A stretch of 64,000 bases of DNA from Candidatus Moraniibacteriota bacterium (GCA_023261645.1 JAHFOO010000001.1:3871-67870), one strand, 5' to 3'. Shown: positions 10,343-20,377, numbered from the stretch's first letter. Translations and numbers: made by a program. Notes: a model not told the origin generated them from the sequence alone.

Positions 10343-10780
10343 CTAGAAAGAGGTGACTTTTATTTCTCTCTCATTTTCACTCACACTTTTGAAATGTATC
10401 TCTGTTCTTTTTGCTGGGAGCAGGTCTGCCACGCGCTCGGGCCATTCGAGGATGACAATGCCTTTTTTGTCTTCGCACCATTCAGAAAATCCGATCGTTT
10501 CGAAATCTTTCGTTTCCACGCGATAGGCATCGACGTGATAAATACGCTCAATGCCGCTTACAGGCTTCAATAAATCATACTGTTTCATAATGACGAACGT
10601 CGGACTCACAAAAGGACGCTCTGCTCCAATGCCTTCTAAAAAGCCTTGAGTAAAGGTTGTTTTCCCCGCCCCCAAATCACCAAAGAGACAGAGAAGTGTT
10701 CCTGGTATGATTTCTCCTGTCAGCTCTCCCCCGAGGACTCGGGTTTCTTCAGCTGATTGTGTTGTATAAACATTGTTCAT
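10343..10780 (-). CDS. tsaE: tRNA threonylcarbamoyladenosine biosynthesis ATPase TsaE
   Basis: GDLGAGKTTF, SPTF, YHVDAYR, EWP; start chosen at MNNVY. Confidence 0.93.
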   Translation of the reverse strand: MNNVYTTQSAEETRVLGGELTGEIIPGTLLCLFGDLGAGKTTFTQGFLEGIGAERPFVSPTFVIMKQYDLLKPVSGIERIYHVDAYRVETKDFETIGFSEWCEDKKGIVILEWPERVADLLPAKRTEIHFKSVSENEREIKVTSF

Positions 10781-10886
10781 ATTCATTCTTTTCTTGATAC
10801 CCATCATACATTCTCTATAGCACAAATTACGGTCGGAAAGCTAGTAAGAATGAATCGAAAGGGAAAATAAAGCGTTCTTTCGTACG

Positions 10887-10915
10887 TTGACTTTTCCGTT
10901 TTTTTAGTGTATACT
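10887..10915 (+). promoter_or_regulatory. Sigma70-type promoter
   Basis: TTGACT-17 bp-TATACT with extended TG. Confidence 0.6.
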
Positions 10916-11207
10916 CGTATGGTACTTGGGTGAGCAAAAACAAAAAATTTAATCAGAGATATTTTCGTTCGTCTTCAATAATTTGGAGCAGAAAAAATAT
11001 TTTATTCTTCAATAAGGTATTTTTTTATTCCCAAACCATGCCTCTTGGCACATAGGGAAAGAGATGAAATGGGCAAGTATTCCCATTTCACCTCCTCGTC
11101 GACAGACACAACACAAAAAAATTCGGGTTTATTGCCGGTTGTTTTTAAATTTCTAAATTTTGAACTTATTTCAAAAATAATTTTTAGAATGAGCTCTATA
11201 AAATAGT

Positions 11208-11357
11208 ATGACAAAATTCGAAATGATCAAGCAATTAGAGTATCTCGTTGCATTCCAATCAGATTGTTTGCAGAAAGGTGAATGGGAGGTTTTTGATCAT
11301 ATTGAAGATAGTATCAAAAAATTAGAGATGGGAATCCTCTTGCCACTTGCTGATTAA
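11208..11357 (+). CDS. Small hypothetical protein (49 aa)
   Basis: Manual translation MTKFEMIKQLEYLVAFQSDCLQKGEWEVFDHIEDSIKKLEMGILLPLAD; below the ORF-track cutoff; downstream of a consensus promoter. Confidence 0.5.
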   Translation: MTKFEMIKQLEYLVAFQSDCLQKGEWEVFDHIEDSIKKLEMGILLPLAD

Positions 11358-11566
11358 AACACTGCTGACAAACCAAACAACTCTTCTTTTTTTTATTTTT
11401 AAAGCTCTCTTGTTTTTTAAAAAAGTTCCCTTATTCTAGGGAAAAAAGAACTCTTTCACAAGAAAAGAACTATTTGACATATGTTTTTTTCTTTGCTACG
11501 GTGGACTATCAATCTTTTCCGCCGATAAGCGGGCCAGCCTTGATTCGGATTCATTTCATACACACT

Positions 11567-12721
11567 ATGTCACTCACTCTTTCTCAGCAGTTTCAAGACC
11601 TCTTGAAAAAAACAGTTTCTCCTCTCATCATCCTTCCTACCTACCCGAGCCGTGATGCGCTGGCAAGCGCCTTCGCTCTGGCTCTCTTTCTCAAAAACAA
11701 CGGGAAAACAGTGACCCTGGCGAGCGAGCATATCGACATCCACAAAGAAATACTTTCTTTCCTCGAGCAGCCGGAGAACATCATCACTTCCATCGCCGGA
11801 GCACGAGACTTCGTTCTCGCCTTCAATACATCGCGCAACAAAATACTCAGCGTCCGGACAGAAAATGCTCCCGACGAAGTCCGTATCTATCTCACGCCGG
11901 AAAATGGTTCCATCGATCCGCGAGACTTCTCTTTCATTCCGGCCAAATTCAAATTCGATCTGGCCATCGTCATCGGTAGCCCGGACAAGGAACATTTGGG
12001 GAAAATCTATGAAGAAAATCCGGATATTTTTTATGAAATCCCTATTGTCAATATCGATAATCACCCCGAGAATGAATTATTCGGTCAGATAAATCTCGTC
12101 GACATCACTGCTTCTTCCAATGCCGAGATCCTCGCTGAAACATTGGAACCTGCTGACTCGAAATTCTTCACGGAAGCCGTCAGCGAAAGTCTCCTCGCCG
12201 GTATCATTTCCGCTACGGAGAGTTTCCAAAAACGCAACACTACGCCGAAAGCGCTCAAACTCGCCTCACGCCTGATGGACAAAGGAGCTGATCAGCAGAA
12301 GATCGTCCGCTTCCTCTACAAGACACAACCGCTCCATCTCCTCAAGCTCTGGGGACGAGTGATGGCGCAGGTGAAATGGAATGAGGAATTGAAACTCATC
12401 TGGGCTTTCGTCACGATCGAAGACCTCGTCCAGGCACGTGCTCGTGTGGAAGATCTGCCTGATGTATTGGAGAAAATCAAAAGCAATTACTCGAGCGCTC
12501 AGCTCTATATGGTTCTGTATCTGGAAACGAATGTCCTGGTACGCGGTGTCGTCAAAGCGCATTCGAGCGAGGCTCTCGCTCTTTTTGCCGAGCGATTCAA
12601 AGAAGGAACATTGCAAGGCGATACATTCTCTTTCGCTCTTTCCGTTACTACGCCTGAAGAAGCGAGTGACATCGTCATCAATCGATTACAAGATACACTT
12701 GTCCGCACAGAAAATCTGTAG
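11567..12721 (+). CDS. DHH/NrnA-like phosphoesterase homolog with degenerate catalytic motifs
   Basis: IVNIDNHPENELFG, ASSNAEI, LLAGIISATESF, LKLWGR parallel NrnA, but DHH is DNH and DTG is ATE. Confidence 0.75.
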   Translation: MSLTLSQQFQDLLKKTVSPLIILPTYPSRDALASAFALALFLKNNGKTVTLASEHIDIHKEILSFLEQPENIITSIAGARDFVLAFNTSRNKILSVRTENAPDEVRIYLTPENGSIDPRDFSFIPAKFKFDLAIVIGSPDKEHLGKIYEENPDIFYEIPIVNIDNHPENELFGQINLVDITASSNAEILAETLEPADSKFFTEAVSESLLAGIISATESFQKRNTTPKALKLASRLMDKGADQQKIVRFLYKTQPLHLLKLWGRVMAQVKWNEELKLIWAFVTIEDLVQARARVEDLPDVLEKIKSNYSSAQLYMVLYLETNVLVRGVVKAHSSEALALFAERFKEGTLQGDTFSFALSVTTPEEASDIVINRLQDTLVRTENL

Positions 12722-12846
12722 ATGAAAAAATTCACACACTCCTCTCGCTTTTCGAGGGGATTTTTTTTGCTTTTCTCTCCGTTTTTGAGGTACAATAGCA
12801 ATGATACATTCGGGATGAGAGTACACTTGATACAAAAACAAACACT

Positions 12847-15800
12847 ATGCCAAACGTCATTCATAAAAATACATCTCTCCATTCCGAAAAGGATGAACAG
12901 TCCCAATCGATTCTGAAAAAAATGCGTGATGTTTCGATTGAAGAGCACGCCTCTCGTCTGGCGAATGAAAGCGGGCTCCCCTATGCCGATCTTCACGTCT
13001 TTCCACTCAGTACCGAAGATGTTATTCTCGTCCCAGAAACAGACGCAAAAAAATTCGGTCTTGTTCTCTTCAGTAAACAAAATACCTCGGCTCGATTCGC
13101 CATCCTTGATCCTGCTCGAACCGAGACACTGCAGTTCATAAAGAATTTTTCTGACGAGCACGGATGGCAGGGAGAGATATATGTCGTTTCACAATCATCA
13201 CTCGACCATGCTTGGAAAGCGTATTCCAAACGAACCTTCATTGATAATCTCGATCTCGTTCGTGTCTCTCTTGGAGATGCTGACTTGGAAAAATTCGAAA
13301 AAGATTTCAGCGAACTCATTTCGTTGAAAAGTATCCATACAGCCAATACCTCGCGGGCGATGGAAATCATCCTGGCTGGTGCGAGAAAGCTCCGTTCGAG
13401 TGATGTTCACCTCGAGCCAGCAGAAGATTTTGTCCGTCTCCGTTACCGTATCGATGGCGTTCTGCAAGAAATAGGCAATCTCCCATTGGAGCGATACCAT
13501 CTGATGCTTTCTCGTATCAAAATGATCGCAAAAATGCGACTGAATGTTCGAAAAGTGGCTCAAGACGGTCATTTTTTCGTAAACCTTGAGAATAGGCGTA
13601 TAGACGTCCGTGTCAGCAGTATTCCTGGTAAATTCGGTGAAAACATCAATATGCGCCTCCTCTCTGGAGATGATGTCATCGTCGATGTCACCGCTCTTGG
13701 TCTCCGTGGTCTCGCCTATGATGAAGTGACCAAACAAATCACCAAACCGAACGGCCTCATATTGAATACCGGACCGACCGGCTCCGGAAAAACGACGACA
13801 CTCTATACGCTTCTCAATCATATCAACCAGCCTGATATAAAAGTCATCACCATCGAAGACCCAATCGAGTATACGATTCCGGGTATCGTTCAGACAGAAG
13901 TTTCCAAAAATAAAGATTACACGTTTGCGACAGCCCTCCGAGCCGTTGTTCGTCAAGATCCCGATATCATCTTGGTCGGAGAAATCCGTGATGACGAGAC
14001 AGCTGACATCACCGTCAATGCCGCACTGACTGGGCACCTGGTATTTTCGACCGTACACGCCAACAGTGCTGCTGCTGCTATCCCTCGTTTTATGGAACTC
14101 GGGGTAAAGCCGTCTCTTCTTTCTGCCTCACTCAATGTACTCATCGGACAACGCTTGGTTCGTGTTCTGTGCGAGTACTGCAAAGAATCCTACGAGCCGG
14201 CACACGAAACCATCGAATCCATTTTAAAACTCATCACCATCATTTCTCCGAAAGCAAAAATTTCTCTGCCTCAAAAGGTGACAGTTCTTTACAAATCGGT
14301 TGGTTGTGCGAAATGTCATTTCACAGGCTACCACGGACGAATCGGTATTTTTGAGGTGCTGACAATGACGAAAGATGTGACGGAAATAATAAACAATATG
14401 GGTACCGAACAGGAGATTCTTCGAACCGCTCTGGAAAATGGGATGGTGACGATGACACAGGACGGTATACTCAAAGCGCTCGACGGAATAACGACACTTG
14501 ATGAAGTATGGAGAGTTGCAGATCAGACAGAATCGCTTCGCACTATTTATGCCGAACTCATGCCAAGCGAACTTTCCCGTTCCACGTATATCACCGAAGA
14601 GATTTTTGAAAATACAAAGAAAAAAGTCTCCTCTCTCAAAGAGTTCACCGAATACATAAACGCAATCAATTCTCGATTGCGCATCCCGACGCTTTTTGCG
14701 GGAGCTATTCTGATGAAGGCCGCAGATATCCACATCGAACCAACAGGTGATACGGTAGATGTCCGTTTCCGTATCGACGGTATCCTCCAGACAGCAGTGA
14801 CTTTTCCTCTTACCGACTATCCCGTCCTTGTCGCAGAAATCAAGCTTGCTGCCGGACTCAAGTCAGGCGAACGCTCTGGAACAATCGATGGACGCTTCTC
14901 TCTTACATTCGAGAAGGAACTTCCCGACAAGACGAAGAAGATAGATATTCGACTTTCTATCATTCTTGGTGGCTTTGGAGAAACAATCGTGATGCGACTC
15001 CTCAACCAATCCATCGTCAAACTCGATCTCGATTCGCTCCATATCCGCAAACAAAATCTCGAGAATATCTATACAGCTATCAGCAAACCGCATGGCGTCA
15101 TCCTGAACACCGGCCCGACCGGCTCCGGAAAAACGACGACACTTTATAGTATTCTCTCAAAGCTCAACACTCCAGAAGTGAAAATCATTACTGTCGAAGA
15201 TCCGATAGAATATCAGATCCCCGGCATCCTCCAGACACAGACCAAAGAGAGTGAAAATTATACGTTTGCGACCGCACTACGTTCTCTTGTGCGCCAGAAT
15301 CCGAATATTCTTATGATTGGAGAAATCCGTGATGATGAAACTGCAAAGATGGCTATCCAAGCAGCCAGTACCGGACACCTGGTCCTCTCAACGCTCCATA
15401 CCAATTCGGCTGCCGGTGTCATCTCTCGTCTGAATGCTATGGGTGTGAGCAATGATGACATCGCCAATACCGGGAATCTTTTTATGGCACAACGATTGGT
15501 CCGGAAAGTATGTGAGCACTGCAAAAAATTTCTGCCACCGACAGAAGCAGAGAAAGAAATCATCGAAAAAACACTCAGTTCGATGCCGTCATCAAAAGAA
15601 CAGGAGATGCTTCTAAAAAATATCACTCTCCCTCATACGAACGGTTGCCCTTTTTGTGGTGGTACAGGCTTCTCAGGACAACTGGCAATCACCGAAACAC
15701 TTCTCATAGACAAGGACATCTCAGCACTTATCGCACAGGGAGCTCTTACAGGCGAGATTGAAGAAAAGGCTATAGAACTCGGAATGATTACGCTGACCCA

Positions 15801-15870
15801 AGACGGTATCCTCTCCGTACTTGAAGGAGACACAACTCTCGATGAAGTACGACGCGTGACAGATTTGTAG
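12847..15870 (+). CDS. PilB/GspE-family secretion/pilus ATPase with two tandem ATPase modules
   Basis: Two sets of DVH/DIH-EP, RYRIDG/RFRIDG, GPTGSGKTTTLY, EDPIEY, GEIRD, TGHLV-ST-H and CxxC...CxxC. Confidence 0.9.
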   Translation: MPNVIHKNTSLHSEKDEQSQSILKKMRDVSIEEHASRLANESGLPYADLHVFPLSTEDVILVPETDAKKFGLVLFSKQNTSARFAILDPARTETLQFIKNFSDEHGWQGEIYVVSQSSLDHAWKAYSKRTFIDNLDLVRVSLGDADLEKFEKDFSELISLKSIHTANTSRAMEIILAGARKLRSSDVHLEPAEDFVRLRYRIDGVLQEIGNLPLERYHLMLSRIKMIAKMRLNVRKVAQDGHFFVNLENRRIDVRVSSIPGKFGENINMRLLSGDDVIVDVTALGLRGLAYDEVTKQITKPNGLILNTGPTGSGKTTTLYTLLNHINQPDIKVITIEDPIEYTIPGIVQTEVSKNKDYTFATALRAVVRQDPDIILVGEIRDDETADITVNAALTGHLVFSTVHANSAAAAIPRFMELGVKPSLLSASLNVLIGQRLVRVLCEYCKESYEPAHETIESILKLITIISPKAKISLPQKVTVLYKSVGCAKCHFTGYHGRIGIFEVLTMTKDVTEIINNMGTEQEILRTALENGMVTMTQDGILKALDGITTLDEVWRVADQTESLRTIYAELMPSELSRSTYITEEIFENTKKKVSSLKEFTEYINAINSRLRIPTLFAGAILMKAADIHIEPTGDTVDVRFRIDGILQTAVTFPLTDYPVLVAEIKLAAGLKSGERSGTIDGRFSLTFEKELPDKTKKIDIRLSIILGGFGETIVMRLLNQSIVKLDLDSLHIRKQNLENIYTAISKPHGVILNTGPTGSGKTTTLYSILSKLNTPEVKIITVEDPIEYQIPGILQTQTKESENYTFATALRSLVRQNPNILMIGEIRDDETAKMAIQAASTGHLVLSTLHTNSAAGVISRLNAMGVSNDDIANTGNLFMAQRLVRKVCEHCKKFLPPTEAEKEIIEKTLSSMPSSKEQEMLLKNITLPHTNGCPFCGGTGFSGQLAITETLLIDKDISALIAQGALTGEIEEKAIELGMITLTQDGILSVLEGDTTLDEVRRVTDL

Positions 15871-15881
15871 AAAAAGGAAAC

Positions 15882-15916
15882 AAAAAAGACCCGAGACTTA
15901 TCAAAGGGTCTTTTTT
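15882..15916. terminator. Bidirectional intrinsic terminator
   Basis: AAAAAAGACCC-13 nt-GGGTCTTTTTT. Confidence 0.7.
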
Positions 15917-16160
15917 ATTTCGCCAAGTAAAAACTGTTTAAACTGTAGACAAACCTCAAGCATAGGAGTCTGAGGAAAGGAAAAGTGTCGAGGTATAGCG
16001 CAGCCGAAACCACCCTACCCGGATCTGGACTGACAGTTCCGCGATTGAGGACAAAAGATAGTAATCCCCAATTGTCTACAGATGAAACAGTCCCCGCTCA
16101 TATCGCTTCGTGTGATGTTGCGAACGAGCCGAGAAACTAGAATTCTTTGTTAAGCGAAAT
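15917..16160 (-). ncRNA. Candidate structured non-coding RNA, family not recognised
   Basis: Own minus-strand promoter, complementary ends, nested long inverted repeats, ends at a terminator; no ORF over 60 aa. Confidence 0.45.
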
Positions 16161-16163
16161 GTC

Positions 16164-16192
16164 ATATTAGCATAGCTTTATTCTTTTGTCAA
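16164..16192 (-). promoter_or_regulatory. Sigma70-type promoter firing leftwards, divergent from ruvB
   Basis: Minus strand TTGACA (16192-16187), 17 bp, TAATAT (16169-16164), with extended TG. Confidence 0.6.
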
Positions 16193-16263
16193 CCCGTGTT
16201 ACAATACAGAGGTATAATCTCACTTCTTCCCTTTATTAAGCCCTCTTCAGACCATTCAAACGT

Positions 16264-17277
16264 ATGCTCACAACAGCCACTTCCGACATCCTTGATGAGA
16301 AAAACTTCGATAATACCTTGCGTCCACAGTATTTCGCTGAATATGTCGGCCAGGAAAAAATCAAACGCCATCTCGATATATTCATTCAAGCGGCCAAAAA
16401 ACGGGAAGAAAGTATCGACCACATCCTCCTCTACGGCCCGGCCGGTCTCGGGAAGACAACGCTGGCTCACATTATCGCCAAAGAAATGGGAGTGAATATC
16501 AAGATCACTTCCGGTCCCGCCATCGAAAAAGTAGGTGATCTGGGTTCCATCCTCACCAATCTCGATGATGGCGATGTACTCTTCATCGATGAAATTCATC
16601 GTCTCAACAAAATGATCGAGGAAGTCCTCTATCCTGCGATGGAAGACTACAAACTCGATATCATCATCGGCAAAGGTCCGGCAGCACGTACTATCCAACT
16701 TGATTTGCCTCATTTCACTCTCATCGGCGCCACCACCCGACTCGGTTCGCTTTCCAATCCTCTCCGCAACCGTTTCGGTTCGACGCATCGTCTGGAATTT
16801 TACACACCGGAAGAAATCGAAAAAATTGTCAGACGGTCTTCCAGTATCTTGAGTATCGGTCTCGATGAAGAAGGCGCAAAAGAAATCGCTCAGTCGAGCC
16901 GTCAAACGCCTCGTGTTGCCAACCGTATTTTGAAACGTGTCCGCGATTACGCTCAAACGAAAGACTTTCCTACCATCACTGGCGATATCGCTCGTGAAGC
17001 CCTTCATCTCTATGAAATAGATCATCTCGGTCTCGAGCCGACCGATCGTCATATTCTCGAAACTATCATCAGAAAATTCAAGGGCGGTCCTGCTGGCCTC
17101 CAAGCGATCTCCAGTGTTACCGGTGAAGAAATACAGACTATCGAAGACGTTGTCGAACCGTACCTTCTACAGCTCGGGTTTCTTGCGCGTACTCCCCGCG
17201 GTCGTGTCGTCACTCCTGAGGGCTATAAGCACCTTGACATCCATATGCCAGCCGATCATCAAGACAAGCTTTTATAG
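16264..17277 (+). CDS. ruvB: Holliday junction helicase RuvB
   Basis: [41 protein letters not shown]. Confidence 0.97.
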   Translation: MLTTATSDILDEKNFDNTLRPQYFAEYVGQEKIKRHLDIFIQAAKKREESIDHILLYGPAGLGKTTLAHIIAKEMGVNIKITSGPAIEKVGDLGSILTNLDDGDVLFIDEIHRLNKMIEEVLYPAMEDYKLDIIIGKGPAARTIQLDLPHFTLIGATTRLGSLSNPLRNRFGSTHRLEFYTPEEIEKIVRRSSSILSIGLDEEGAKEIAQSSRQTPRVANRILKRVRDYAQTKDFPTITGDIAREALHLYEIDHLGLEPTDRHILETIIRKFKGGPAGLQAISSVTGEEIQTIEDVVEPYLLQLGFLARTPRGRVVTPEGYKHLDIHMPADHQDKLL

Positions 17278-17416
17278 AAGAACCTCCTTTTCTCAGACAG
17301 AGGTTTTTGATTTTTTCACTCTGATGATACAATATGAGCATCCATTCTCTTTTTCGCTCAATCATCTATTGAGAACGTATCGGGCGTGTTATTTCATTCA
17401 TTTTGCAAAAAATCCT

Positions 17417-17638
17417 ATGCCATCAATCTTTGGGATCAGCTATCTCCTTCTTTTTTTCAGCTATATTCTGATTGCTCTTTTTGTTGTCTATCACATTTTT
17501 CGTTTTTCGCTGAAACGAGGTACCGCTCTTTTCGGTGTCACTCTTTTTTCCACTGTTTTTTTCGTATTGCTTATCACCAACACTTTGCTCTTCTTGTCAT
17601 TACCATTCAGCGATCTCTTTTCTCATTTTTCTCAATAA
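17417..17638 (+). CDS. Small two-TM membrane protein
   Basis: MPSIFGISYLLLF... 73 aa hydrophobic ORF ending 6 bp before the next gene. Confidence 0.6.
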   Translation: MPSIFGISYLLLFFSYILIALFVVYHIFRFSLKRGTALFGVTLFSTVFFVLLITNTLLFLSLPFSDLFSHFSQ

Positions 17639-17644
17639 TCGCCT

Positions 17645-18190
17645 ATGTCCTACGCGTTTCATCCCTATCATTTCGCTTCACAACGTGAAGGTGAGGAGGT
17701 TGTCCAGGTCATCCATCGCCACTGGTTCAATATCCTTTCTCGTTTCCTTCTTATTCTTCTTTTTTCTTTTCTTCTCATCGGAAGCCTCATAGTATTCCTC
17801 CTTCTTTTTCCTGATATATTCAGTGCCGGTGGGAAGGAATTCTTCATCTTTATGGAAAATACTTTCTTCATTTTCGTATGGCTTTTCGGTTTTCTCACCT
17901 GGATTGATTACTACTTCGACATCTGGATCATCACCAACCAGCGCATTGTGAATATCGAGCAGAAGGGACTCTTCGATCGCCATATCAGCGAACTCAACTT
18001 CTCCCGTATCCAAGACGTCACCACGACCGTGGAGGGCATCATTCCTACTGTCCTTAATTTCGGCGACGTCTTCGTACAGACCGCCAGTGAACAAGAGCGA
18101 TTTCTCTTTCGTATGGTGCCAGATCCTTACAAAATCAAGGACACTATTATGAAAATCTCCGAGCGTAATCGCTCTGATGGCACTCATTAG
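17645..18190 (+). CDS. Membrane protein with bacterial PH domain
   Basis: RHW, two TMs, WIITNQRIV, IQDV, LNFGDVFVQTA. Confidence 0.8.
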   Translation: MSYAFHPYHFASQREGEEVVQVIHRHWFNILSRFLLILLFSFLLIGSLIVFLLLFPDIFSAGGKEFFIFMENTFFIFVWLFGFLTWIDYYFDIWIITNQRIVNIEQKGLFDRHISELNFSRIQDVTTTVEGIIPTVLNFGDVFVQTASEQERFLFRMVPDPYKIKDTIMKISERNRSDGTH

Positions 18191-18237
18191 GGGGGAGTAT
18201 ACGCGTATTCAGATATTATCCATATTTTCATATAACT

Positions 18238-18960
18238 ATGTCAGGACATTCACATTGGGCCACCCATAAACACCAAAAAGGTATCAATGATGCCAAACGA
18301 GGCATTATTTTCACCAAATATGGGAGATTGATTACTATTGCTGCCCGTGAAGGCGGAAGCGGCAATCCGAGTATGAATTTCAAACTCCGCCTCGCTATCG
18401 ACCAGGCAAAGGGCGTCAATATGCCGAAAGAAAACATCGATAGGGCCATCAGGGTCGGCACAGGAGACTCAAAAGATGGAGCACAGATCGAAGAGATCCT
18501 CTATGAAGGCTATGGTCCGGGTCAAGTCGCACTCATCATCGAGACGGCTACCGATAACAGGAATCGTACCGTCAGCGAAATAAAGTCTCTACTGACGAAA
18601 GGAAACGGAAAGTTCGTCGCGTCCGGTGCTGTCAGTTTTATGTTCCGTCGCGTCGGTCTTATCACTTTTTCACTCGAAAAAAATGGCGCAGAAACATTTG
18701 AACTGGAGACTATCGAATCTGGTGCTGATGATTTCTTTGTGGAAGAGAATCTTTTTATTGTCGTGACAGCAATAGACAAACTTCAATCTGTCGAGGAATA
18801 TTTCCGAAAAAAGAACTTTCTCTGCGAAAGCGCCGAACTCGGGTATGTACCACTCCAAACTGTCACACCGAATGAAGAAGAGATGCTTTCCTTGGAAAAA
18901 CTCCTGGAAACCCTCGATGAACATCAAGACGTTCAGCGGGTATGGAACAACCTCTCATAG
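18238..18960 (+). CDS. yebC: YebC/PmpR-family protein
   Basis: MSGHSHWA, NMPKENIDRAI, YEGYGPG, TDNRNRT. Confidence 0.95.
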   Translation: MSGHSHWATHKHQKGINDAKRGIIFTKYGRLITIAAREGGSGNPSMNFKLRLAIDQAKGVNMPKENIDRAIRVGTGDSKDGAQIEEILYEGYGPGQVALIIETATDNRNRTVSEIKSLLTKGNGKFVASGAVSFMFRRVGLITFSLEKNGAETFELETIESGADDFFVEENLFIVVTAIDKLQSVEEYFRKKNFLCESAELGYVPLQTVTPNEEEMLSLEKLLETLDEHQDVQRVWNNLS

Positions 18961-19061
18961 TCAGTTAACAATAAACAAAAAGCAATCAACGCCTACTTAA
19001 TCCCTCTCTCTGCCTTGTCTTTTTGTTACTGTTGACTGTTAATTGTTATCTGTTCACTGTT

Positions 19062-19553
19062 ATGAGAATTCTCGGCATCGATCCTGGCACAGCAACGGTG
19101 GGCTGGGGGGTGATAGAAATACAGGGTAGCAAAACCACCACTGTAGCGTTCGGACATATAAGTACGAGCAAAGACCTGTCTCCCGAGAAACGATTGGCAG
19201 AAATATCAAGCGACCTCGAAGGCATCGTGAAGAAGTACCAACCGGAGGAAGCAGCCGTCGAAGAACTTTTCTTTTTCAAAAATCAAAAAACCATTATTTC
19301 GGTCGCACAGGCTCGCGGTGTTATTCTCTTGACTTTAGAGAATTTATGTGTTAATATTTCCGGTTATACGCCTCTTGAAGTGAAACAGGCATTGACAAAT
19401 TATGGTAGAGCAGACAAGACTCAGGTACAATTGATGGTGAAGACCATTCTCAAACTCAAAGAAATTCCCAAGCCTGATGACACCGCTGATGCTCTGGCTA
19501 TAGCGCTCTGCCATGCCAGTCGTCGTAAAATGGAGGCTGTAAGAAATTCCTAA
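19062..19553 (+). CDS. ruvC: Crossover junction endodeoxyribonuclease RuvC
   Basis: MRILGIDPG, EELFF, QARGV, PDDTADALAIA. Confidence 0.95.
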   Translation: MRILGIDPGTATVGWGVIEIQGSKTTTVAFGHISTSKDLSPEKRLAEISSDLEGIVKKYQPEEAAVEELFFFKNQKTIISVAQARGVILLTLENLCVNISGYTPLEVKQALTNYGRADKTQVQLMVKTILKLKEIPKPDDTADALAIALCHASRRKMEAVRNS

Positions 19554-19666
19554 TGCCTAATATCCCTGCCTGCCGGCAGGCAAGTAATGCTTAATAAAAT
19601 TCACAATTTTTAAATTCAAGGGGTGAAAACCTTTTAGAAATTAGAAATTGATTATTAGAAATTCTT

Positions 19667-20323
19667 ATGTTGTATCATCCTCTTGTCATTTTTTTCATCG
19701 AACAGGGCGTACCGGTACAAACAGTCCTCCTTCTTTTGATGCTTCCTGTCGTGGCGACACTCGTCGCTTTTTTCCGTCAGGTCGTAGGCATCAAAGCCTT
19801 CGGTATCTATACGCCATCACTCATCACTTTTGCTCTGCTCGCTTTCGATCCGAATGGGTTGAAATATGGCATCACTATTTTTGTCAGTGTCATATTGGTC
19901 GGTATGGTAACACGTTTTATCCTCAATAGATTTCGCCTTCTTTATCTGCCTCGTGTCGCCATAACGCTTTCCATCGTCTCGCTTACCATTCTTCTTATTC
20001 TCGTCACTGGCGGGATGTATCAGCGTACTGGGCTGGCATCCGTGAGTATTTTTCCTCTCCTTATTATGATCACTCTCGCGGAAAAATTTGTTGCAACCCA
20101 AATCGAGAAAGGAAGTCGGGCCGCTTTCATTCTGGCAGCTGAAACACTTGTTATTTCCATCGTCGGATATTTTCTCGTCAGTTGGCAGACACTCACTGTT
20201 TTGATCCTTGAATACCCCTGGATCATACTCTTTACTTTCGTCATCAATTTTTCTTTGGGAAAATGGACAGGGTTACGCATCACGGAATATTTTCGTTTTC
20301 GAAAGATTGCTCGTCATCTCTAG
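19667..20323 (+). CDS. 7TM membrane protein (7TM domain of the inactive transglutaminase-fused family)
   Basis: LLMLPVVATLVAFFRQVVGIKAFGIYTP, LLYLPR, SIFPLLIMITLAEKF, GKWTGLRITEYFRF. Confidence 0.8.
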   Translation: MLYHPLVIFFIEQGVPVQTVLLLLMLPVVATLVAFFRQVVGIKAFGIYTPSLITFALLAFDPNGLKYGITIFVSVILVGMVTRFILNRFRLLYLPRVAITLSIVSLTILLILVTGGMYQRTGLASVSIFPLLIMITLAEKFVATQIEKGSRAAFILAAETLVISIVGYFLVSWQTLTVLILEYPWIILFTFVINFSLGKWTGLRITEYFRFRKIARHL

Positions 20324-20377
20324 ATTTTTTTTATTTAATGCGGTGAGATTCCTGACAGACTCTCCCCCTTCTCCGCT

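Noticed and set aside
16189-17103. 304-aa antisense ORF over ruvB (and similar long antisense ORFs over the PilB-like gene, rpsA, ftsH, sod and nrdA)
   Set aside because: Shadow ORFs on the opposite strand of well-conserved genes; no motifs of their own.
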